The position numbers were made by a program, and so were the translations under genes. DNA of 64,000 nucleotides from NCBI GenBank assembly GCA_051313645.2, contig JBNRSN020000001.1, forward strand, positions 420,608,001-420,672,000, written 5' to 3'. The notes beneath the pieces are model-generated. The model saw only the letters and a list, made by a program, of their open reading frames with translations, made no database searches and was not told where the DNA came from. The stretch is from Centroscyllium fabricii. Taxonomy: Eukaryota. Of this stretch, positions 50,414 through 60,606 are shown piece by piece; positions within the stretch are counted from its first letter, which is position 1; every line of letters begins with the position of its first letter.

Positions 50414-51278
50414 CAGGTTGAGCACCGTTAATCGGGCACGGGCGGGACCAGGACCGTGCCGGGAAATGGAAAAAACTGGGAGAACGAGTTTGGACACTGC
50501 ACATGCGCACCAGTCAAAATGGCAGCGCGCATGCGCGCAACATTGGTATTGGCTGGCTCGCGCATGCGCAGATCATCCAATATTGGCCGCTGCGAAGTTT
50601 TTTGATGGGCTCAGGCTTTTGTGGCGTTCCGTTTAGGTTTTAGGGCTGTCGGGCAGCAGTGAAAGGCCGGTCTTGCGGGGGTGGCAGGAGGGTGGCGCGG
50701 GTCGGGTCGGAAGGAGGAAGGCGCGGGTCGGGGGGGGGGGAAAGGAGGGTGGCGCGGGTCGGCGGGGGGGCAATTTATCCAATCCCCTGTTTTGCTTTCA
50801 ATTGTAAGAGGTCACACGGCGCCAGGCTGTGGTCCAACGGTTTTAGTTGGGGTCACGGGCTTTCGGAGCGCTGCTTCCCCGTCAGGTGATGGGGGAGCGG
50901 CGCTCCGAAGGCCCGTGATTTCGAGTGGGACTTTTGGACTACAGCCTGGTGCTGTGTGGCTTCTTACAATTGTCCATCCCAGTCCAACACCAGCACCTCC
51001 ACATCATGGCTTCAATTACAGTTATCGATAAAATAACCGGCGGCCGTATTGAATTATCTGCGCATGCGCTAACCTTCCGGCGACGCATGCGCAGATCATT
51101 CAAAACACCCGCAGCTGTTTTGAATGATCTGCACATGCGCTCGGCGCATGCGCAGTTCATTCGTTGAAGCCACGATGGCGGCTGCCATTTTGCGCATGCG
51201 CAGTGCAGTCGGGGCAATTTGTGCCGGCAGACTGAAGCTGCCGGCTATTCGGTTACCGGATTAACGGTGCTCAACCTG
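50414..51278. mobile_element. Tc1/mariner (Tigger/pogo-like) MITE
   Basis: 20-bp perfect TIR CAGGTTGAGCACCGTTAATC at 50414-50433 and 51259-51278; TA TSD on both sides. Confidence 0.88.
50800..51007. repeat. Penelope-derived palindromic hairpin, A>G hypermutated
   Basis: Colinear with 42466-42612 plus 47170-47236, with 23 A>G and 7 T>C changes in the stem. Confidence 0.85.
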
Positions 51279-52869
51279 TACTTGAAAATTTGTGTTTGCT
51301 CTCCTTTATGTCTCCTTCTCCTCTAGGTCTAGCCTCGCTCTCCCTCACGGATTCTGGGGGGGAGCTGTGTGGTGACACGCCCACCAGCAACATCGAACCC
51401 GCATCGGGAGCGCTGCAAGACAGTCCCGCCCACCGGGCGGCGTGCTGACGTCACCGCGACTTCCGGCGTGATGACGTCGCCAGGTGGAGACCCGGCAGTG
51501 ACGTCACCTACCGCGGGACCTTTAAATACCTGGGCTCCAGGTGGCTCAGTCTCTTTTCCACCTGGCCCTAGCTGTAGTAACATTAAATGATAACTTTCCG
51601 ACTCATCTGTGTCCAGTGTGGTTCTTCGGCCCTGCATGCCTCTACACCATCCCCAACCTCAGCATTACTGTTTGGGGGTCTATACACCACTCCCACTAAC
51701 GTTTTCTGCCCTTTGGTATTTCTCAGTTCGACCCATACAGATTCCACATCATCAGAGCCAATGTCTTTTCTTACAGTTGTGTTAATCCCCTCTTTAACCA
51801 GCAATGCTACCCCACCTCCCTTTCCTTTTTGCCTATCTTTCCTGGATATTGAATACCCCTGGATGTTGAGTTCCCAGCCTTGGTCCCCCTGGAGCCATGT
51901 TTCCGTAATTCCAATCATATCATATCCGTTAACCTCTATTTGCGCTGCTAATTCATCCACCTTGTTACGAATGCTCCTTGCATTAAGACACAAAGCCTTC
52001 AGGCTTGTTTTTTTAATGCTCTTAGACCTTTTAGAATTATTATTTACTATGGCCATGTTTAATTTCCACCCTTGATTTCTCTGACTGCCACCTTTATTTC
52101 TCTCCTGCCTGTCTTTTTCTTCGATCCTTGTTTCGCTTTCCTTAGTCTCCCTGCTCAGGTTCCCAACCCCCTGCCATTTTAGTTTAACCTCCCCCCCACA
52201 ACAGTGCTAGCAAACCTCCCGGCAAGTATATTGGTCCCCTTCTGGTTCAGGTGTAAACCGTCCGGCTTGTACAAGTCCCAACTTTCCCAGAAGCAAACCC
52301 AGTGATCCAGGAAACTGAAGCCCTCCCTCCTGCACCAACTCTTTAGCCACACATTAATCTGCTCTATTCTCATGTTCCTATGCTCACTAGCCCGTGGCAC
52401 AGGAAGTAATCCAGAGATCACAACTTTGAAGTCCTGCTCTTTAATCTGGTACCTAGCTCCCTGAATTCTTGCTGCAGGACCTCATCCCTCTTTTCACCTA
52501 TGTCATTTGTACCAATGTGTACCACGACCTCTGACTGTTTTCCCTCCCCCTTGAGAATGCCCTGCAGCCGTTCAGTGACATCCTTGACCCTGCACCAGGG
52601 AGGCAACAAACCATCCTGGAGTCACGTCTTTGGCCACAGAAACACCTATCTGTTCCCCTTACGATTGAATCCCCTACTACTATTGCTCGCCCACTCTTTT
52701 TCCTCCCTTTCTGAGCAGCAGAAGCACCCCCAGTGCTAGGAAGTATGCTGCTACTGCCTTCCCCTGGTAAGTCGTCCCCCTCAACAGTATCCAAATCGGG
52801 ATACCTGTTAGACAGGGGGATGGCCACAGGGGTCCCATGTACTACCTGCCTACCCCTTCTGCTCTGCCT

Positions 52870-53968
52870 GAAGATGATACACACTGCAGCCACAGTGCGC
52901 CAGTGGTGGAGGGAATGAATGATTAAGATGCTCAATGGGGCTGCTTTGTCCTGGATGGCATCGAGCTTTTTGAGTGTTGTTGGAGCTGCACTCATCCAGG
53001 CAAGTGGAGAGTATTCCAACACACTCCTGACCTGTGTCTTGTAGAAGGTGGAAAGGCTTTGGGGAGTCAGGAGGTGAGACACTCACAATTCACAATTCAC
53101 AATTCAAAAAGCTTTATTGGCATGAATGGTATCAACCGTTGTTGCCAAAGCAGTGCAACATACATAAGAATATTACATTAGTAGAGCATTTTAACATACA
53201 TAAGAATAATACATTAGTAGACGTACTACATAGAATAATACATTAGTAGACTTATTGACAACCGTACATTAGTTACGCACACATGTACATTTATACCCGC
53301 ATATAGAGCTTGTATGCTCATCCTAGCTTCAATGTCAATGGTCACTGGTTGTCCCTCTGCTTATGGCAAGCTGTGACGTAGTTTGCCGCTAGTTTTATAC
53401 ATTCCCTCTGTTCCCCTAGTAGGTATGGGAGTTTCTGGTGGTCGGTCAAATTTTTGAATTCAGGGCATGCTGTTGCAAATTTTGGGAAGAAATTTCCCCT
53501 TATTCCCTGATAATTTTCGCAAGTTGTGAGGAAGTGCAGCTCTGTCTCCACCACTCCCTGACTGCAGTGGGAGCACAGCCTTTCCTCTCTGGGCAGCCAA
53601 GTCTTTCTGTGTCTGCCTTTTTCACTCACCGCAGAATACCTAGCCTCTGACCATAGTATTTATGTGACTGGTCCAGTTTAAGCTTCTGGTTAATGGTGAC
53701 CCCCAGGATGTTGATGGCGGGGTTTCGGCAATGATAATCCCATTGAATGTCAAGGGGCAGTGGCGAGACTCTCTCTTGTTGGAGATGGTCATTGCCTGAC
53801 ACCTGTGTGATGCGAATGTTACCAAGCCTGATTGTTGTCCAGGTCTTGCTGCATGCGGGCACGGACTGCTTTATCATCTGAGGAGTTGCGAGTGGAACTG
53901 AACACTGTACAATCATCAGCAAACATCCCCACTTCTGACCTTATGATGGCGGGAAGGTCATTGATGAA
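52870..53968 (-). mobile_element. RT/3' fragment of the LINE family seen at 1889-5048, split by 53087-53622
   Basis: FADDCTVF...; VLEYSPLAWMSAAPTTLKKLD. Confidence 0.8.
53087..53622 (-). mobile_element. Non-LTR retrotransposon 3' end with a C-terminal CCHC (possibly RTEX-like)
   Basis: EKGRH...PREERLCSHC...ETELHFLTTC; AATAAA then (GAATTGT)n tail; TSD CACTCAC at 53080-53086 and 53623-53629; clade assignment tentative. Confidence 0.7.
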
Positions 53969-54395
53969 GGTTAGGGACATCTCAAAACACTTTACAGTCA
54001 GTGAAGTACTTTTTTGAAGTCGAGTTGTTGTTGTAATGTGGGAAACATACAGCATACAGCAAGGTGCTGCAAACAGCAATGTGATAATGACCAGATAATC
54101 TGTTCTTTTGTTGTGTTGGTTGAGGGATAAATATTGGCCAGGACACCAGGGGTAACTTCCCTACTTTTCTTCGAAATAGTGCCATGGAATCTTTTACATC
54201 CACTTGAGAGAGCAGACGCGACCTCGGTTTAACATCTAATCCGAAAGACAGCACCTCCGACAGTGCAGCACTCCCTCAGTACTGCACTGGGAGTGTCAAC
54301 CTAGTTTTACGTGCTCAAATCGTTGGAGTGGGACTTGAACCCACAACCTTCTGACTCAGATATTAGTGTGCCACCCAGTGAGCCACAGCTGACAC
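53969..54395 (-). mobile_element. DeuSINE (SacSINE1/AmnSINE1-like)
   Basis: tRNA head (TGGCTCACTGG, GGTTCAAGTCC) and Deu-domain GTGGATGTAAAAGATTCCATGGCACTATTTCGAAGA...GTCCTGGCCAATATTTATCCCTCA on the minus strand. Confidence 0.85.
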
Positions 54396-54687
54396 GAAAG
54401 GAAAACCTACAAAACTACCCAAGACATTATATTGGTGGACAGACAGCAGGCACTGTCCAACATTGCAAACGGTAATAAGGTCCCAGAAGAAAAGATCGTC
54501 TGTAATTCATAGAGGGAAGCTTGGATAAAGACAAGTTTGTAGGTCACAGAGAGATTGTAATCATAGAGCATTCTTTGCTCAGGAAATTGGATAGCCATGT
54601 TTGTCGTAAGGACAACACCTACAGGACGATGAGCTGTCTACCTGGAGTTGGTGCAGTATATATAGAGGAAAAGTTAGAAGGGATACT

Positions 54688-55550
54688 AAGAACATAAGAA
54701 CATAAGAACATAAGAAATAGGAGCAGGAGTAGGCCAATCGGCCCCTCGAGCCTGCTCCGCCATTCAACAAGATCATGGCTGATCTGATCCTAACCTCAAT
54801 TTTATTTTTACTCTCCACCCCGCCCAGACCAATGTGATCACCTGGGAGAGGCGAAAAACCAGATAAAAAAAACCAGTAGCCAATTTGGGAGAAAAAAAAT
54901 CAGGAAAATTCCTCTCCGACCCATCTAGGCGATCGAAAACTGGTCCAGGAGATCACATGGCTGATCTGAACCTAGCCTCACGTCCACTTACCAGCCCATT
55001 CACCATAACCCCTAATTCCCTTTAATTCCAGGAAACTGTCTATCTCAGTTTTAAATTTATTCAACGTAGTAGCTTCTACAGCTCTCTGGGGCAGCAAATT
55101 CCACAGCCGCACCACCCTCTGAGTAAAGAAGTCCCCCCTCATCTCAGTTTTGAAATGGCAGCCCCTTATTTTAAGATTATGCCCCCTAGTCCTAGTCTCA
55201 CCCACCATTGGGAACATCCTCACCGCATCCACCCGATCAAGCCCTCTCACAATCATATATATTTCAATAAGATCGCCTCTCATTCTTCTGAACTCCAATG
55301 AGTAGAGGCCCAATCTACTCAGCCTCTCGTCATATGTTAGCCCCCTCATCCCCGGAATTAACCTAGTGAACCTTCTCTGCACTGCCTCGAGAGCAAGTAT
55401 GTCCTTTCTTAAATAGGGACACCAGAACTGCACGCAGTACTCCAGGTGTGGTCTCACCAATTCCCTGTACAACTGCAGCAAGACCTCCCTGCTTTTATAC
55501 TCAATCCCCTTAGCAATAAAAGCCAACATTCCGTTGGCCTTCCTTACCAC
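54688..55550 (-). mobile_element. CR1 3' fragment with a structured 3' UTR insert
   Basis: KANGMLAFI...PHLEYCVQFW...FFTQRVV; (TTCTTATG)n tail. Confidence 0.88.
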
Positions 55551-55554
55551 CTGA

Positions 55555-58500
55555 AACGGACAGATAAGGTTTCAGTGGTAGTAATGCATATAGGGGTTAA
55601 TGACATAAGGAGAATTAACATATGGACCTTGAATACCACATATATGATAATTGGTTAAAAACTCAAAGATAGAGGATACTTAATATCTGGTATTTGGGAA
55701 TGAAGGGTAGTTCGGCAAACCATTGAGGAAACTACCAGAATGGTATGAGAAAAACAATAACTGGGAATTCTTCCAGAATAAAATGGGCTGGTACAAAAGA
55801 GATGGAATACATTTTATCCAAATGGGGAAAACAGACTTGTGAGGAACATTGAGAAAGCAATTGAAAACCATTTAAACTAGACAAGTGGTGGTGGGGGTGG
55901 CGGGGGGGGGGGAAGTAAACAGTATCCCAGATGAGATACATAATAGGAAAGAATACAGTCAATAAGTAGGTATGGACACAGATGCTGTTGGAGAGGGTTT
56001 AAACTAGCTTGGCAGGGGGATGGGCACCAGCACATAGGACTAGAAAAGAGGAATAAGGCGCATAAAAGAGTGAGTGTTTTGGAAAGTACTAGAACAGACA
56101 GTAGTACAGGTACACAATCCTTTATCCAAACACCTCGGGACCGGGCGGTCTTCGGTTTTCGGATAATTTCGGTTTTCGGGATGGTGCCCAGTGCGCATGC
56201 GCATTGCCGTGTTGGTGGCCGATTGTGCCTCTGAAATGGTAGGAAATTGTGGGCTAAGAACAGAAAATGCTGGAGAAACTCAGCAGGCCAGGCAGCATCG
56301 GTGGAGAAAGGAGCAGAGTTGACGTTTCAGGTGGAAGACCTTTTTTCATTGACACCGGGGCTCAGGCGCAGCGCTGTTCGAGGGAGGCCGCAGCGGCAGC
56401 TCGCAGAACGGCAGGCCGTCCTTTCCCATTAAAGAGAGGGGTCTAGCGCGGCTGCCGAGGGACCGGGAGCCACAGAACGAGCCCGGTACTCGGGGGGAGT
56501 GCCGGGCTCAGCTGAGGGAGGGCTCACCCCGCAGTTTTTACATTTCCTATCGAGCACAGCAAGGGATGGAATGGGAATGTAATACTTACTACACCGGTAT
56601 GATTCAAATTAGCTTTCAAAACGGGTCAGGTTTGGCACAACTTGGGTCATTTTGAAATTTCGGTTTTTGGAGCTTTTCGGTTTTTGGAGTTGCGGATAAA
56701 GGATTGTGTACCTGTACTAGAGGTGGAAGTAGTACCATATTAGATAGGAACAGACTAAGAAAGACTATGAAAAATTCAAAAATAGGTTTAGAATGCATGT
56801 ATGTAAACACACAAAGTGTGGTGAATAAGGTTGGTGAGCTACAAGCACAATTAGCCGTGTGGCAATAACAAAAATGTGGCTTAAAAACGGTGAGGACTGG
56901 ATACTTAATATTCAAGGGTACAAGGTGTTCAGAAAGATAGGGAAGGAAAAAAGGGAGCTAGGCTGCTGTGCTGTGTTGACTAAGGAAGACATTGTAGCAT
57001 TGGAAAAGGAGGATGTTCTTGAAGGGACAAGGAGAGATCCATTTGGTTAGAGTTGAGGAGAAAATAGAGTATGATCACGCTATTGGGGGTATTCTATAGG
57101 CCTCCAAATAGTGAGAGGGAGGTAGAGGAGCAAATCTGCAGGGAAATCGCAGAGATCTGCAAGAGCGATAGAGTGGTGATATTGGGGGACTTTAATTACC
57201 CAAATATCGATTGGGATAATGCTAGGGTAAAGGGAAAAGAGGGAGAGGAATTTCTGAAATGTGTTCAGGAGAATTTCCTTGACCAGTATGCTCTTGGCCC
57301 AACTAGGAAGGAGGCATTGCTGGATCTGGTGCTGGGGAATGAGGTGGGCCAGGCTGACCAGGTGTCTGTGGGAGAACACTTGGGTACGAGTGATCATCGT
57401 ATCATAAGATTTAGATCAGCAATGGAGAGGAGCAAGGAACAATCTAGAGTGGAACTTCTAAACTGGAATTGGGCTTAACTTCAATGGGATGCAAAATGAT
57501 CCAGCCAGGGTAAAATGGAACCAAAGACTGACAGGAAAAACTGTAACGGAACAATGGGAGATCTTTAAGGAGGAGATGTTCCAAGTACAGGCAAGATACA
57601 TTCCAACAAGAGGGAAGGGTAAGGGAACCAAAGCAAGGGCTCCTTGGATGAAAAGGGAGATAGAGAAGATGATAAAACAAAAAAAGAGGGTGTATGATGA
57701 TTGTCAGGTGAATTCTTCAAGAGAGAACCAGACCAAATACAATAAGTTGAGAGGGGAAATGAAGGTGAAAATAAGATTGGCAAAGAGAGAATATGAGAGT
57801 AGGATGGCGGTTAACATAAAAGGGAACCCAAAAATCTTCTACCGACATGTAAACAGTAAGTGGGCAGTAAGATTTGGGGTGGGGCCTATTAGGAATAAAG
57901 AAGGTGATATATTCTTAGAGGCGCAGGGCAAGGATTTGAATACTTTGTATTGGTGTTTACTAAGGAGGTGGATACTGACAATATCAGTAGAAGTGGAAAA
58001 GGTAGAAGCAGTGGAAGGGGTGAAAATTGATAGACAGGATGTACTAGAAAGGCTGGGTATGTTTAGAGTGGACAAGTCGCCTGGTCCAGGTGGCTTGCAT
58101 CCCAGGTTGCAAAGGGAATTGGGGGAGGAGTTAGAGGAAGGGCTTGCTATAATTTTCCAATCTTCCCTAGATGCGGGGAGGTGCCTGAGAATTGGAAAGT
58201 GGCAAATGTGACACCATTGTTCAAGAAAGGGTGTAAGGACAATCCTAGTAACTACAGGCCAATCAGTTTAACATCAGTGGTGGGTAAAACTTTAGAAACA
58301 ATAATCAAGGAAAAAATTAACGGACACTGGGAGAGATTTAAGATAACTAAGGAGAGCAAACTCAGATTTGTAAAAGACAGATCGTGTTTGACTAATCTAA
58401 TTGAATTTTTTGATGATGTAACAGGGAGGATTGATGAAGAGAATGCAATGGATGTTGTTTACATGGATTTTCGGAAGGCATTTGACAAAGTACCTCATGG

Positions 58501-58645
58501 AAGGCTGGTTAACAAAATTGAGGCTGATGGAATAGGTGGGTCAGTGGCAGCTTGGATAAAGAATTGGCTTAAGGACAGAAAACAGCGAGTTGTGGTAAAT
58601 GGCTGTTTTTCAGATTGGAGGATGGCAGACAGTGGTGTTCCCCAG
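55555..58645 (+). mobile_element. Old degenerate CR1 (ORF1 end, EN, partial RT)
   Basis: GVFYRPPN, GDFN, SDH, NYRPISLTSVVGK, DFRKAFD; many frameshifts. Confidence 0.82.
56107..56714. mobile_element. Tc1/mariner-type MITE containing a reversed Penelope hammerhead-type fragment
   Basis: 21-bp TIR CAGGTACACAATCCTTTATCC / GGATAAAGGATTGTGTACCTG; TA TSD; 56258-56350 is a degenerate reverse copy of 5338-5435. Confidence 0.85.
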
Positions 58646-59149
58646 TGGCGGGCAGGAAAGATTCGGGGCGGACAGACATGGCGGTGGGAAATCGGAAAGT
58701 GGTGGTGATCTGGCGGGAGGGGTCGGGACCCCCCGGTTTTGTGATTTTACACCCCATCCCGCCTGATGGCCCGAGGAAAATTGACCCCATTGACTCTATG
58801 ATATATCCACAGAGAGAGATGAAGCAGAAACCAGCAATTGGTGTACATGGGAGAAATAAGGTGCAAGAACTGGAAGCTGTTACGGCAGTGGGGAACTTTG
58901 GTGGGAATATCAGAAACACGGCTAAATCTAGAGGATAGTAATAAGCATAACATTTAGGGGTATTCAGCATTCAGAAAAGACAGAGTTGACAGAAAAGTAA
59001 ATGGTGTAGCCCTATGTGTCAAGTTTAAAGTATTTGGATCTGTAAATACAGGTCCAGGGGTATTGTTCATGGGGATATAGAACCTTCAGTATTGGTGCAT
59101 CTGCATTCGTACTTCCTCATGAACTAGTCTTCCTCATCTAAATCGTGCA

Positions 59150-60570
59150 ATACAACAACAACAACTTGCATTTATATGGTGTCTTTAATATAGTAAAACG
59201 TCCCAAGGTGCTTCATAGGAACGATTATCAAACAAAATTTGGCACTGATCCACATGAGGAGATATACGGACAGGAAGAGGTAGGTTTTAAGGAGCGTCTT
59301 AATGGAGGAAGAGAGGTAAAGAGGTGGAGAGGCTTAGAGAGGGCATTCTAGGGCCCAGGCAGCTGAAGGCACGGCCGCCAATGGTGGATCAATTAAAATC
59401 AGAAATGCCTAAGAGGCCAGAATTGGAGAAGCGCAGAGATCACAGAGTGTTGTAGAGCTGGAGGAGGACACAGGCATAGATAGGGGCAAGGCCATGGAGA
59501 GATTTGAAAACAAGGATGAGAATTTTTTAATTGATCCATTGCCGGACCAGGAGCCAATGTCGGTCAGCGAGCACAGGGGTGATGGATGAACGGGACTTGG
59601 TGTGATTTAGGATATGGGCAGCAGATTTGGATGAGTTCAAGTCTAAGGATGGTGGACATTGGGAGACCTGCCAGGAGTGCATTGAAATAGTCAAATCTAG
59701 AGGTAACAAAGGCATGGATGAGGGTTTCAGTAGCAGATGACCTGAGGCATGGGTGCAGACGGGTGATGTCACGGAGGTGATGGAACGGATATGGGTCAGA
59801 GGCTCATCTCAGGTCAAATAGGAGGCCAAGGTTGTGAACAGTCTGGATCAGCCTCAGACAGTGATGGAGCATTGGAGTCGGTGTCTCGGCAATAGAGTTT
59901 GTGTTGGGGACCAAAGACAATGGCCTTGTTCTTCCCAATATTTAGTTGAAGGAAATTTCTGCTCATCCAGGACTGGATGTTGAAAAAACAGCATGACAAA
60001 TCAGAGACGGTGGATGGGTCGAGAGGGGAGGTGGTGAGGTAGAGCTGGGTATTGTCAGTGTATGTGTGGAAACTGACGTTGTGTTTTCGAATGATGTCAC
60101 CAAGGTGCCGCATGTAGATGAGAAATAGGAGAGGGTCAAGGACAGATCCTTGGGGAAATAAAGAGGTAAATGTACAGGGGTGGGAAGAGAAGCCATTGCA
60201 AGTGATTCTCTGGCTATGACTGGATAGATAAGAATGGAACCAGGCAAGTGCAGTCTCACCCAGCTGGTTGATGGAGGAGAGGAGTTGGAAGAGGATGGCG
60301 TGGTCATCTGTGTCAAACGATGCAGACTGGTCAAGAAGGGTGAGAAAGGATAGCTTACCATGGTCACAGTCAAATAAGATGTCATTTGTAACTTTGTGGA
60401 GGACCGTTTCAGTGCTGTGGTAGGATGGAAATGTGATTGGAGGGCTTCAAACATGAAGTTGTGGGAAAGACGGGCACAAATTTTGGAGGCAACTCCACGT
60501 TCAAGGACTTTAGAGAAGAAATGGAGGTTAGAGATGGCGGCGGCAGTTTACAAGGACAGAGGAGTCAAGG
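59150..60570 (-). mobile_element. L2-clade LINE 3' part, degenerate
   Basis: (TTG)n tail after ATATAAATGCAAG; FHTYTDNTQLYL (degenerate YADD), WMSRNFLQLN, ITPVLA...HWL. Confidence 0.8.
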
Positions 60571-60606
60571 TAAGTGGTGGAAGATATAGCCAGGCAGGGA
60601 TGCTTC

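Larger units (their letters stand above)
48470..51646 (+). mobile_element. Internally deleted CsRn1-clade Gypsy carrying a MITE
   Basis: 279-bp LTRs at 48470-48748 and 51368-51646 (about 5 differences); TSD CCAT; PBS TGGTGACCTCG; gag-PR from 48845; junction FPALTN|PYDGPF near 50030 removes RT, RH and most of IN. Confidence 0.93.
48385..52870 (-). mobile_element. CR1 fragment (ORF1 esterase + EN), split by the LTR element at 48470-51646
   Basis: GDSIVR, GTND, DGLH, then NARSIRNK...VVYRPPN; contiguous across TSD CCAT. Confidence 0.85.
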
